Origin: Antedon mediterranea | Taxonomy: Eukaryota; Animalia; Echinodermata | Direction of reading: 5' to 3' | DNA: 64,000 nucleotides | Assembly (NCBI RefSeq): GCF_964355755.1 | Contig: NC_092678.1 | Coordinates: 24,631,365 to 24,695,364 of the forward strand | Part shown: in pieces, positions 1 to 13,500 of the stretch | Numbering within the stretch: the first letter of the stretch is position 1 | Layout of the letters: each line of letters begins with the position of its first letter | Made by a program: the position numbers and the translations under genes | Notes under the pieces: generated by a model | What the model was told of the DNA's origin: nothing | What the model saw: the letters and a program-made list of their open reading frames with translations, nothing else | Databases searched by the model: none

Positions 1-304
1 TTGTCGTCCATCCGCACTCTCACGCCTATTTACACATTTAAATGTATTCAATACTTTAAGAAGAAGAGTAGTGTGTAAAACGTAGCAACATAATATCTAT
101 ACTTATAGTGTATTTCCTACCGCACGTGGATATTCAAGAATACCGCGTCGGGTTTGATCATCGATGAACACGTGACAACAATGACAACAAAACATGGAAT
201 ATTATTAAACAAGTACGTCTTCGATAACATACTTAAACCATGAAATCTCGTGAACCTAATAATGTTTTAAACGTAAGACATTGTTGTTTACAACAGTGAT
301 TATT

Positions 305-618
305 ATACAAATAATGAATGTTTATGAGTGCAATGGTACAAATAATGGCACGAGGTGAATGATGAAAGGTTATATCAACGAGGCAAAGCCGAGTTGATAT
401 AACCTTTCATCATTCACCAAGTGCCATTATTTGTACCATTACACGAATACAAAACATTCATTATTTGTTTTATATAACATCTAGACGTTTTTTTTTCGTA
501 CACAAAAATGTTTCAAAAAGTACTATTTAACGATCGTTGAATAGTGCGTACTATTGCACACCATGTGACCCACATTCGTCCAATCAAATGACAGGAATTT
601 ATATAGGTGTTATATAAA
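305..618. mobile_element. Palindromic non-autonomous DNA element (long hairpin plus second inverted-repeat module), copy 1
   Basis: ~75-bp imperfect arms around loop GAGGCAAAGCCGA; second module bounded by TTATATAACATCTA / TAGGTGTTATATAA; near-identical copy at 58748-58997. Confidence 0.8.
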
Positions 619-1692
619 TGCTTTTATGAAAGCCTAGTAGTAAGCTAGGCATATACTATGACTTTTGAGGCACAAAGCTCAAACTACAAATAGGTAGCCT
701 GGTGCGCTACGAAACGCATGCTATGAACCAGGGAAGAGTGATTTCCCTGCTATGAACACTAGCCGATGCCTTTTGTTATGAACTCATTATCTATTAAATA
801 TACTCTGAACAGGGTCTACTTTGTACATTCATTTAAAATATCATTTGGTTAAACTTGGGGAATGAGTATTATTGACATTCCTTTCCATAATAAAAATACT
901 ATTTGTTTTTTCAAACAAATAAATTAATAAATAAAAATAATAACGAAAGCCAGCATGATAATTAAGAGATTGCCGTGGGATTGTCATTATTAGGCACCTC
1001 TTCTCTCCCCCTCGCTCTTGGAAAAATTATTGGACACATACTGAATGTGATGAGTAGTAATGGATAACATTGGCCTACAAAATGGCTGTTCGTTAAAAAC
1101 ACTGTCGTTTATCAACACGCACACACACCTTGCAAACAAAAATGCCGCACAATTAAAATAGTTGCATATATTAGCGAAGGATCCAATGAAATCGCGAACA
1201 ATTCAGTTTTTGAATAGCTGCGTGACGTGCACCTGTACTTCATTCACCGGTCTACTGTAGCGGAACGGGTTTTGCAGTGTGGGTAAGTAACAGAACATCA
1301 TTTTGTACATTTTGATGAATTATATTAATCTAAATAGTCCACTTTTTAATTTTAATAGTCTATATTCACTCTCTGAATCGAATTAAGAATATATTGAAGC
1401 CTCTAACCACCTCTATTACTAATAGTAGGCTACACTTCCAGTAGCTAGGCATATTGCTTGTTTTGGAATTCACTCTGTTTGGTCGCCCGTCTTCGTCGGC
1501 GGTTATCGTTGACATGTAAGGGCCTAAGCCAAGGACACGTTTCCCAATACAATTCCAGTTATTTGATATCTTATTATAAAAGTTGTATATTGAATGAAAT
1601 GGTGGACAATTTAGACGCCATTTTGACCACCATTTAATCCAAGAGGCGAATAATTATCAATTTCCGGTCATCGTACCAAAATGGGGAGAATC

Positions 1693-1851
1693 ACTCTACT
1701 ACATTATCAAACTAGTTTGACAAAAAAAAGTGTGATGTGCCCAAATATGGTAGTGATACTGATATTCCTAAGTTTTGTAGTGATCATCATGTGGTCCATG
1801 AGCACATCACATTTTTTGTCACATAAAGTTTGATATTGTAGGCAGAGCTTT
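1693..1851. mobile_element. MITE, PIF/Harbinger-like family A (degenerate copy)
   Basis: Degenerate TIR AGCTCTGTCTACACTATCAAACT at both ends; interior shared with five other copies in the window. Confidence 0.7.
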
Positions 1852-2539
1852 ACCAAATTACATGTAGGCCTATTTAAACATTATTTAGATTTTAAGTGAA
1901 TCCATTATTTTGATGATTAAGTAATTCCTAAGTCACAGTCACACATGTTCGGTACACTAACAATAAATATTCTTTTTAAGGGTAATCAATGTATTTTTGT
2001 CTTTCCAGAGATTGACGATAATTGTTTTTCTTTAGCAAATTTAGACTTTGTAACTTTTAAAAACTGAAAATATAAACGCAGCGTGACTTGAATGGCTTCC
2101 GTGCCCTTTTTTCAGTTTCCAATCATTTAGTTAACATTACCATAACCTACAAAGTAATAGCCGGCCTAACATTCATCAATCATGACGTCATCTAATAATA
2201 TTGGTTTGTTTTTTTCAGGTTCAGAAGAGGTGCACCGCGCGCGTTCATTTTTTTTATTCACATTTTTACATAATATAATAATTATTAACGAACTCAAAGG
2301 GGTACGGAAGCCATCAATCTTAAATAAATGATCATTTTTTAGCGTAAATTAAAAACATTAACCTACTACATTGAATGATTATATTATTCTTGTTTGTGTC
2401 TACGTCATCGTAGTCTACGTCATCGTACGTCATCGTAGTCCACGTCATCGTAATACTGTACAGCATAAACGATACAGAGACTAAAACACGATAATGTCGA
2501 GGTAAGGTATTTATGTTTTTTTGATTTTACGTGATTTTC

Positions 2540-5500
2540 TTTTAATACCTTTCGATAAATAACTATTATAAAAACGCATTTATAAAGTTAGTATTGCGTT
2601 ACCTTACTTGCAGGTATATTTACTAGTCGCGTGCAACGCGATTCTACAGCTCACTATGTCGGTCGGTCCGTCGGTCGGTCGGTCGGTCGGTCGGTCGGTT
2701 GGTTGTTCGGTCGGTCGGTTGGTTGTTCGGTCGGTTTGTTGGTCGGTAAACACTTAAACTTTAAAATAAACATAACTGGACCATACAAATATTATTTCCA
2801 TTTACTGACGAAATTCTACGTAGGCCTAAATCCATTTGATGATGGTGCAAATAAAATTATCTTTCATAATTTCCAACCTCAACCAGTTATCATAATGTGC
2901 AAATAATAATTGTATATTCTTTTTCAGATTAATCAAATGTATTTTTATTTTTTCAGATTATGGAGTTTTTTTAATTTTTTTTCGAGATTTCCTTTTTTTT
3001 TATCTTAAAATAAATAACTTATAAAAACGCTATTATAAATTGTCATTATTGGTTACCTTACTTGTAGGCCTATTTATTTAATAACTGGTATCCGTTTAAA
3101 AGAAACACCCATTTTGATTGTACCATAAATATTATTTCCATTTACGTAGGCCTAAATTCATTTGATGATGGTATAAATAAAATGAATTCTATTCCATAAT
3201 TTCCAACCCAACCCAGTTAATATCATAATGTGCAACTAACGATATTTATTCTTTTTCAGGTTAATCAAATGTATTTTTATATTTTCAGAGATTGGATTTT
3301 TTCTATTTTGTTTTGGAGATTTTCTTTTTATATTTGTCAATAAATAACTTAGTATTGGTTACCTTACTTGTAGGCCTATTTATTTTAATAACTGGTAACC
3401 ATTTAAAAGAAGCATCAATTAATCGTACCATAAATATTATTTCCATTTACGGAGGCCTAAATTCATTTGATGATGGTGTAAATAAAATTAATTCTATTTC
3501 ATACTTTCTTACTTTTTATCTTTTCAGAAATTGAGAGTTTTTTTAATTTTTCTTTTGTAGATTTCCTTTTTTTATCTTTCAATAAATAACTTATAAAAAC
3601 ACTATTATAAATTTACAATTGTCATGTAGTACAGTATCGGTTACCTTACTTGTAGGCCTATTTATTTTGATAATCGGTAACCGTTTAAAAGAAACATAAC
3701 TGAACCCACCTAACAATGTTTTTTTTTTTCAGGTTAATCAAAAAATGCATTTTTATCTTTTCAGAGATTGGAGTTTTGCTTTCGGAGATTTTCTTTTATC
3801 TTTCAATAAATAACTTATAAAAACGCTATTATAAATTTACAATTCTCATTTAGTATTGGTTATCTTACTTGTAGACCTATTTATTTTAATAAACGGAAAC
3901 CGTTTAAAGAAACGCAACTGGACCCATTTTGATTGTACCATAACAAATATTATTTCCATTTATGTAGAAATTCTACGTAGCCCTAAATCTATTTGATGAT
4001 GGTGCAAATAACATTAATTATATTTCATAATTTACAACCCAAAGCAATCATAATGTGCAACTAACAATATTTATTCTTTTTCAGGTTAATCAAATGTATT
4101 TTTATCTTTTCAGAGATTGGAGTTTTTCTATTTTTCTTTTGGAGATTTTCTTTTTATATTTTTCAATAAATAACTTAGTATTGGTTACTTTACTTGTAGG
4201 CCTCTTTATTTTAATAAACGGTAACCGTTTAAAATAAACATAACTGGACCCATTTTGATTGTACCATCTATATAATATTTCCATTTACGTAGGCCTAAAT
4301 TAATTTGATGATGCTGCAAATAAAATAATTCTATAATTACCAACACAGCCAGTTATCATGTGCAACTAATAATTATTTATTTTTCAGGTTAATCAAAATG
4401 TATTTTTATCTTTGCAGAGATTGGAGTTTTTCTATTTCTCTTTTGGAGATTTTCTTTTCATACCTTTAAATAAATAACTTATAAACACGCAATTATAAAT
4501 TCTCATATAGTATTGGTTACCTTACTTGTAGGTCTAATTATTTTAATAAACGGTAACCATTTAAAAACAAAACATAACTGGCATGGACCCATTTCGATTG
4601 TACCATAAACATATTATTTCCATTTACGTAGAAATTAATTATTTCCAACCCCAACCAGTTCCCATAAATGTGCAACTAACAATATTTATTCTTTTTCATG
4701 TTAATCAAATGTATTTTTAATTTTTCAGAGGTTGGAGTTTTGCTTTTAGAGATTTTCTTTATACCTTTAAATAAACTTATAAAAATGAAAATATAAATTT
4801 TCATAGTATTTGGTTACCTTACTTGTAGGCCTATTTATTTTAATCTGGTAACCGTTTAAAAGAAACGTAACTGGACCCATTTTTATTGTACCATAAAAAA
4901 TGTTATTTCCATTTACGTAGACATTATACCTAGGCCTAAATCAATTAGATGATGGTGCAAATAAAATTAATTATATTTCATAATTTCCAACCCAAACCAG
5001 TTATCATAATGTGCGACTAACAATATTTATTCTTTTCAGGTTAATCAGATGTATTTTTATCTTTTCAGAGATTGGATTTTGCTTTCGGAGATTTTCTTTT
5101 TTAATCTTTCAATAAATAACTTATAAAAACGCTATTATAAATTTACAATTCTCTTAATAGTATTGGTTACCTTACTTGTAGGCCTATTTTAATAAACGTT
5201 AACCGTTTTAAAGAAACGTAACTTGCCCTATTTTGATTGTACCATAAACAATTTCCATTTACGTAGAAATTCTACGTAGGCCTAAATCAATTTTATGATG
5301 GTGCAAATAAAATTAATTCTATTTCATAATTTCCAACCCAAATCAGTTATCATAATATGCGACTAACAATATTTATTCTTTTCAGGTTAATCAAATGTAT
5401 TTTTATCTTTTCAGATATTGGAGTTTTTCTATTTTTCTTTTTGAGATTTCCTTTTTTTATCTTTCAATGAATAACAATAAAAACGCTATTATAAATTCTC

Positions 5501-5760
5501 GTGGTATTGGTTACCTTATTTGTAGGCTCTTTATTTTAATAAACGGTAACCGTTTAAAAGAAACATAACTGGACCCATTTTGATTGTAATATAAAAATAC
5601 AATTTCCATTCATTTTCTTGTTATATTTTTCAATTTTAATAACTGGTAAACGTTTAAAAAGAAGTTTTGATTGTTTCATATATCGATTTAAGTGACGAAA
5701 TGTTACGTATGCCTAAATAAATAATCAAATGTATTTTTATCTTTTCAGAGATTGGAGATA
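2540..5760 (+). repeat. AT-rich tandem array of ~300-350-bp units, ~10 diverged copies
   Basis: Marker GGTTACCTTACTTGTAGGCCTA recurs near 2599, 3053, 3359, 3641, 3859, 4184, 4517, 4813, 5166 and 5511. Confidence 0.9.
2620..2750 (+). mobile_element. Helentron/DINE-1-like left end with (GTCG)n microsatellite
   Basis: T-rich start, small hairpin TCGCGTGCAACGCGA, then ctacagctcactatgtcggtcggtccgtcgg…; this layout is typical of DINE-1/HINE-type elements. Right end not located. Confidence 0.55.
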
Positions 5761-6326
5761 TTTTTTGTACCAATAGAATTTAACGTTTCCACGTAAATAC
5801 ATTATATCATAAGTAGGTACGTCTTACTAAAACATTTACTATCCTGCAAACTAAGACAATATAAAATTACTGTAATAATCTTTGTTTTGTTTAGATTGGT
5901 ACAATTAAAAATCCCTGCATTCTAATTTTATTTTGTACAGATTACAGATCAACAACAGATTACGTCATCAGATTATGCCAATACTATATACTTGTTTATA
6001 TACTTATTTCTAACCTCAATAGTGACGGAAGCCTCTAACTAAATTAAAAAATCTAAGCAATATTTAAAATATAATTTTCAGAATTTCTTTTGTTTTTTTC
6101 TAGACTGAAAAATTAACGTAGTGTATGCCATCGTTGTATAAAAACTGTATCAAATACATCACGTAAATGTAAGTATAAGACCAACAATGTAGAGTCCATT
6201 TTTATAATAAACAATTTTGTTTTTAATGTTTTGAGACATTTGTGATCTACAATACATAGGAAATGTGGACATTTAGGCATATAATTGCTGTATTTTATTA
6301 TATTTTTTTTATAGATTGAGAACTTG

Positions 6327-6466
6327 GACAACGGCGCGACAAGAACCGAACAACGGCTCGACAAGAACCGGACAACGGCGCGACAAGAACCGGACAACGG
6401 CGCGACAAGAACCGGACAACGCGCGACAAGAACCAGACAACGCGCGACAAGAACCGAACAACACCG
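6327..6466 (+). repeat. ~21-22-bp minisatellite (GACAACGGCGCGACAAGAACCG), ~6 copies
   Basis: Directly visible. Confidence 0.85.
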
Positions 6467-6719
6467 GAAAGGGTACGGCAAGAAGCGGAAAAAGTACGAG
6501 ACCGCATTGGCGGTCAACGAGGCAGACGATGACAAATATATTGTGTTCTAATTTTGCAATTATGATAAAATAAAAATATATCTTATTTTAATCGAAGTAA
6601 ACACTTTAAAATGTCCATAATTCATCAATACAACTATACTAACTTGCTTAATCATTTTTTTCTCCTCCATTTTTTTCTAATTCACTAATTCGTTTGTACT
6701 ACTTGTTATTGTTGGCTTT

Positions 6720-7007
6720 CATGTAATGGTATCCCTCTTCTTATTTTACATCCCTCTCCATATCACCTTCCTATGTAAGTAGGCTAGATATGTAAATACT
6801 GTAAGTCCTATGTATGCAAGTTTAAGTCCAGGTATGTAAGTGTAAGTAAGAAAGTAAGTCCATGTAGGTAGGTCATGTATGCAAGTAGATCATGTATGTA
6901 AGTAGATCATGTATGTAAGTAGATCATGTATGTAAGTAGATCATGTATGTAAGTAAGTCCAGGTATGTTAGTAGGCCAGGTAAAGTAGGAGAGGATACCA
7001 TTACATG
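6720..7007. mobile_element. Small TIR-bounded element with internal (ATGTAAGTAGATCATGT)-type repeats
   Basis: CATGTAATGGTATCC at 6720 and its reverse complement GGATACCATTACATG ending at 7007 enclose the repeats. Confidence 0.65.
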
Positions 7008-7649
7008 TCCGCTTATTGTTTAAACTTGTGTGTTACCAGCTAATTTTTTACTATCATTTCACTTTATATCTTCTTCATATTAACAGCACTGTAATATTGA
7101 TAACTATTATAATACCTATCATCTATTGTCTATTGATCAGGGAAACTAAACATAAATATATTTATATTTGTTGATTGATATTAATAAATATTATCAAATA
7201 TCATTATGAATACTTTATGCCTATTGCTGTTTTTATTGATTCTAACATTATTTATTAAATATATAATATTTTCCAAATACTTGCCATTTATAATTGAGAT
7301 TAAATTGTTGACAATGTTGACTGCAAGGTTTGCTCAACGTTGTAAAATCACAATATTATTATCATTATTTCGTAGTTGTAAATTATTTTAATAAAAAATA
7401 TCCAGTGTGAATGTCTGGTAAAAGTTGTCCATTTGTTTAGAACCCAAATGATTTCATATTATAAATAAAGAACCAATTTTAAAAAGTGTATAAGTAGGCC
7501 TACACAATTATTGTAAGGCCGGTTTGTTTCATTGTATGTACCTCAATTTACCTCCACGTAATATCACATTACATTTATTACTACAGGCAGTAGAGTCATT
7601 CCAGAAACTGAAAAGAGCGGTAAATTAAAATATAAGAGCCCTTTTTGTA

Positions 7650-7880
7650 TATAACACCTAATACAATGTTTCTATGTGCTTTACACAAACAAAGATGATC
7701 CATAAAATATCCTAAAATAACGCCAAAAAAAGGAAGTAAAGCAGAGCACTTTGAAGTATTCAAATTCAAAAAGAAGGAAGGAGATGTTGCTTAACCACTA
7801 ACAAATCGATTGATGTTGCCTATTTAATTATTATTCCAAAGACGAGCAGATGAAAAGATCTGTTGCCATAGAGGATTAAA
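7650..7880 (-). mobile_element. Degenerate L2/CR1-clade LINE 3' fragment
   Basis: Minus strand reads YGNRSF…ARLWN with frameshift (L2 ORF2 C-terminal motif); its tail resembles 62860-62900. Confidence 0.4.
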
Positions 7881-8926
7881 CTACAATATAAAAGAAAATA
7901 ATAATACATTCTAATAACTCGTTCATAAACACTTGCTAACGTCAATAAAATAATTCATCTTTTATTGAAATCTCTATTCTCCATTGATGTGTTTTAAATG
8001 CTATATATAGTGAGTCTGTAAGAATTGAATTGTGGTTTTTATATTTTCTTTCATCATCAAAATCATTTAAATCAATGTATCAATCCAAAATATTATTTAA
8101 ATTATTTAAAGAATATTAGACAATCATCGACATTATTCACGTATAAATTCATACACTTATTTTCATTTCGTTTATTTTCCACTCTTCAAATGAACTTATT
8201 TGATTGATTATTTTAAAATGTAAACATCAATTAAGTTTTAAATTAATTAATATCAAGATAAAATAATCATAAATTAGAAGTTCGGAAGCTTGTTATGTCT
8301 TCACAATGAGGCATTCATTCTATTTAAAGTGATTAATTGAACGTTTATTTACAGATTATTTTTTCGACGTAGTTAAAGTAACTAATTTAACGTATATTTA
8401 TGTCTAAATGATGCGATGTTTAACTATAATTTAATATCGTTATTGTCGTTATATTACTTTAGTAAAATAATTAAAATAATCCGTCTTTTTGTAGCCTAAT
8501 GATGATATTATAATCACTCTAAATCAAACGCTACAGACAACCGCTTGTACATAATTCTATTCGTATTAAGTATGTGTATAGGCCTAATCAATTCCGGTAA
8601 AATTAAATTCTGAATGTATATTTTATTTATACAAGTCTACTAAACAGTTCACACTATTTATTTTATATTTAAAAATGATAAATTATTCACAATTTGTTTT
8701 ACCATTTACATGGCGATTTAAATCCGTGTACGTTTCGACGCCTGTCCGATTAAAATCGCGCGCTCCCATCATCACCAAGTCCATCTCGTCAGGTACCAGC
8801 ACAGCTCTCGAACCACCAACCACTACAGCAAACCTACGTACGTCTGACTCTCCGAGCCACATAAGAACTTACTGGAAGTCTAAGTTAAGTTGTACCCGAT
8901 AAACATAAGCATCAATCGTTACTGAA

Positions 8927-9140
8927 ACTTTATTTGACGAATTTTGCCTTCCATAATACTGAATCAATACTTTATTTGACGAATTTTGCCTTCCATAATA
9001 CTAAATCAATACTTTATTTGACGAATTTTGCCTTCCATAATACTGAATCAATACCTTGTGTTGACGAATTTTGCCTTCCATAATACTGAATCAATACTTT
9101 ATTTGACGAATTGTGCCTTCCATAATACTGAATCAAAACT
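8927..9140. repeat. 42-bp tandem repeat, 5 copies
   Basis: ACTTTATTTGACGAATTTTGCCTTCCATAATACTGAATCAAT. Confidence 0.92.
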
Positions 9141-9649
9141 ATTTTAACCATTTCAAGTTTGTAAAAAAAAACAAATTTGAGTAAAGTAATCTTTTTAAAA
9201 TGTTTCAAATGTTAGAATTAAGTATAAATTAAATTAAATAATTTTTTCAGTGATATTGTACAAAAAATGAAACTTGCATCTTGAAGTGAAATCCAAGAAA
9301 CATCGTTTCTTTTATTTTTCTTCCGATACAAAATAAAAAAAAAACAATACATATTTTGTTATTTATAAGTTACAAATAACATCGAATTCGAGTCAAAAAC
9401 AAAATAATGTTTTGCGGAGATAAGAAAATGATTCCGTTACAGACCTTTTTTATTTTTCCTCTCAATTACTGTTTTTACCGAATGTTAATTTTGTAATGAT
9501 AAAATAAGATCTTTTGTTTGTTTTGCATTTGTGTGTTTAGTTTCTATTATTGAAGGAGTTAATTGTAATTTCAGCAGTCCGATCGACCGGCCGACAAGGG
9601 ACACAAGGCTGGAATTGAAGCGATATCACATTAATATTACACCGGTAAT

Positions 9650-9845
9650 GATTTTATTTATTTATTTATTTTATGTCTTTAGGCAATGTGGCCAAGGATT
9701 ACCAATAGTGAATTAATCACTGTCATATCAGATAGGTGGTAATCCCCCTGATACAGGGGCTATTGTGTGAACCAGTTCACCGGGCCGGGTAACCCCCTAC
9801 TCTTTTTCGAATAATGAACTGGGTTCTTTAAAGTACACACAGGTT
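9650..9845 (-). mobile_element. 5'-truncated SINE with Deu/Nin-type core domain
   Basis: Minus strand ttaaagaacccagttcattattcgaaaaagagtagggggttacccggcccggtgaactgg resembles the DeuSINE core; (AAAT)n tail. Confidence 0.6.
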
Positions 9846-10599
9846 ACGGTATAATGATCGTAATGGTATAGTATTTTCTGCAGCAGCACATGCATATTCA
9901 AGTTTCCCGCGTCACGTCTGGGAATAGCTCATTTAAATATCAATGCATCACTGCACACAATAATAACAAACATGGAATAATATTGGCTCTGCACGTCGTC
10001 GACAACAGACATTTAAAGACGTTTGCTAGCGTAAAATCTCAGGACGTGAAACAATGATGTTTTAAAGGTAAGCAATAATTTTAAACAAAATATAGATTTA
10101 GATGTTATTAATAAAAGCCCAGTAGTTGGCTAGGCCTAGCATTGAGTCAAACTAACCTCAACTCCTCCCAATAGGAAGCACGTGGTTGATATAGCTTAAT
10201 ATTGGGGTAACATATGTATAGTCAAACAAATTGGTCTTAATACGAATTTATTAGGAGATTCAACATTGTTTAATTAGACTAACATCTTCTTTAGCAATCT
10301 GTCTTTATTTAAGAAGTTTTTTGAGTAGATGTGTGGATTTAAATTAAATGTCATCAATCAATCAATTTTTAAAGTTTCATATTTCCATAATTCAAAATGG
10401 ATTTTAATTGATACAGTTAACTTATTGGTACAGGTACAGGTAAATTCGTGCAGGCAACTTAATTACATTGTAGAGTAGAGGGAACTGAATTGGTATGTGT
10501 TTGTACTTCACAGGCAATTAACTATTATTATTATAATTATTGTTGGTCACATTGAGGCTAGCAGTGTGAATTTCATGTAGACGGGGCCCTATTATTAAT

Positions 10600-13500
10600 T
10601 CGTACACGTAGTGTTACGGGTATTAGTACAGCTTAATTGGTATATAGGTAGCTTAATTGGTAAACGTTGTCTTTATTAGTACATGAGCTAACTTGGTAAA
10701 ACCAACTTTATTAGTACAAGCTTTATTAGTACAGCTTATCTGATATAGGAGCTTAATTTGTACGGGTAGCTCAATTGAGTTCAGGTAACTTTATTAGTAC
10801 AGGAGTTTTGGTACAGGTACCTTCATTGGGCACAAACAATTTTATTAGTACAGGATCTTAATTGAGTTCAGGCAACTTTATTAGTACAGGAGCTTTATTG
10901 GTACAGGTACCTTCATTGGGTACACTCAACTTTATTGGTACAGGAGCTTTGGTACAGGCACCTTTATTGGGTACAAGCAACTTTATTAGTAAAGGATCTT
11001 AATTGAGTTCAGGCAACTTTATTAGTACAGTAGCTTTATTGGTACACGCAACAAATTACGATATTATCATTAACGTTTGGTCTCAGGTACCTTCGTTGAG
11101 TACAAGCAGCGTTTTTAGTACAGCTAATTGGTGGTAGTAGTACTGCAGGTTTTATCCCTAATTCGTACACGTCGTGATCATACAGTTGAATTTGTACAGG
11201 GGCTTCATTGGTATAGGTACTCATTGGGTACACTCAACTTGATTGGTACATGAGCTTTGGTACAGGTACCTTCATTGGGTACAAGCAACTTTATTAGTAC
11301 AGGGGCTTTGGTACAGGTACCTTCGTTGGGTACAAGCAACTTTATTAGTACAGGAGCTTTATTGGTAACAGGTACCTTTATTGGGTACAAGCAACTTTAT
11401 TACTACAGGAGCTTAATTGAATTTAGGCAACTTTATTAGTACAGGAGCTTTGGTACAGGCACCATCATTGGGTACAACTAACTGTATTAGTACAGGAGCT
11501 TTGGTACAGGTATCTCCATTGGTTACAAGCAACTTTATTAGTACAGGATCTTAATTGAGTACACAGGCAACTTTATTAGTACAGGAGCTTTGGTACAGGT
11601 ACCTTCGTTGGGTACAAGCAACGTTATTAGTACAGGAGCTTTGGTACAAGCACCTTCATTGGGTACAACCAACTGTATTACTGTAGTACATGAGCTCTGG
11701 TACATGTATCTCCATTGGGTACAAGCAATTTTATTAGTACAGGATCTTAATTGAGTTTAGGCAACTTTATTAGTACAGGAGCTTTGGTACAGGTACCTTC
11801 GTTGGGTACAAGCAACTTTATTAGTACAGGAGCTTTGGTACAGGTACCTTCATTGGGTACACGCAACTTTATTCGTACAGGAGCTTTGGTACAGGTACCT
11901 TCGTTGAGTACAAGCAACGTATTTTAGTACAGCTTAATTGGTGGTAGTAGTACTGCAGGTTTCATCCGTAATTCGTACACGTCGTGATCATACAGTTGAA
12001 TTTGTACAGGGGCTCCATTGGTATAGGTACCCATTGGGTACACTCAACTTTATTGGTACATGAGCTTTGGTGCAGGCACCTTCATTGGTAACAACCAACT
12101 GTATTAGTACATGAGCTTTGGTACAGGTACCTTCGTTGGGTACACGCAACTTTATTAGTACAGGAGCTTTGGTACAGGTACCTTCGTTGAGTACAAGCAA
12201 CTTTATTAGTACAAGAGCTTAATTGAGTTTAGCAACTTTATTAGTACAGGAGCTTTAATGGTACAGGTACCTTCATTGGGTACACGCAACTTTATTAGTA
12301 CAGGAGCTTTGGTACGGGTACCTTCGTTGGGTACAACCAACTGTATTAGTACAGGAGCTCTGGTATAGGTATCTCCATTGGGTACAAGCAGCTTTATTAG
12401 TACAGGATCTTAATTGAGTACAGGCAACTTTGTTAGTACAGGAGCTTTGGTACAGGTACCTTCGTTGGGTACACGCAACTTTATTAGTACAGAAGCTTTA
12501 TTGGTACAAGTACCTTCGTTGGGTACACGCAACTTTATTAGTACAGGGGCTTTGGTACAGGTACCTTCGTTGGGTACAAGCAACTTTATTAGTACAGGAG
12601 CTTTATTGGTAACAGGTACCTTTATTGGGTACACGCATCTCTATTAGTACAGGAGCTTTGGTACAGGTACCTTCGTTGAGTACAAGCAACTTTATTACTA
12701 CAGGAGCTTAATTGAGTTTAGGCAACTTTATTAGTACAGGAGCTTTGGTACAGGCTCCATCATTGGGTACAACTAACTGTATTAGTACAGGAGCTTTGGT
12801 ACAGGTATCTCCATTGGGTACAAGCAGCTTTATTAGTACAGGATCTTAATTGAGTACACAGGCAACTTTATTAGTACAGGAGCTTTGGTACAGGTACCTT
12901 CATTGGGTACAAGCAACGTTATTAGTACAGGAGCTTTGGTACAAGCACCTTCATTGGGTACAACCAACTGTATTACTGTAGTACATGAGCTCTGGTACAG
13001 GTATCTCCATTGGGTACAAGCAGCTTTATTAGTACATGATCTTAATTGAGTTTAGACAACTTTATTAGTACAGGAGCTTTGGTACAGGTACCTTCGTTGG
13101 GTACACGCAACTTTATTAGTACAGGAGCTTTGGTACAGGTACCTTCATAGGGTACACGCAACTTTATTCGTACAGAAGCTTTGGTACAGGTACCTTCGTT
13201 GAGTACAAGCAACGTTTTTTAGTACAGCTTAATTGGTGGTAGTAGTACTGCAGGTTTCATCCGTAATTCGTACACGTCGTGATCATACAGTTGAATTTGT
13301 ACAGGGGCTCTATTGGTATAGGTACCCATTGGGTACACTCAACTTTATTGGTACATGAGCTTTGGTGCAGGCACCTTCATTGGTAACAACCAACTGTATT
13401 AGTACAAGAGCTCTGGTACAGGTATCTCCATTGGGTACAAGCAATTTTATTAGTACAGGATCTTAATTGAGTTTAGGCAACTTTATTAGTACAGGAGCTT

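Noticed and set aside
7900-8230. Reverse-transcriptase-like VDDCLIF on the minus strand
   Set aside because: Isolated motif in AT-rich DNA, surrounded by stops, with no other RT motifs.
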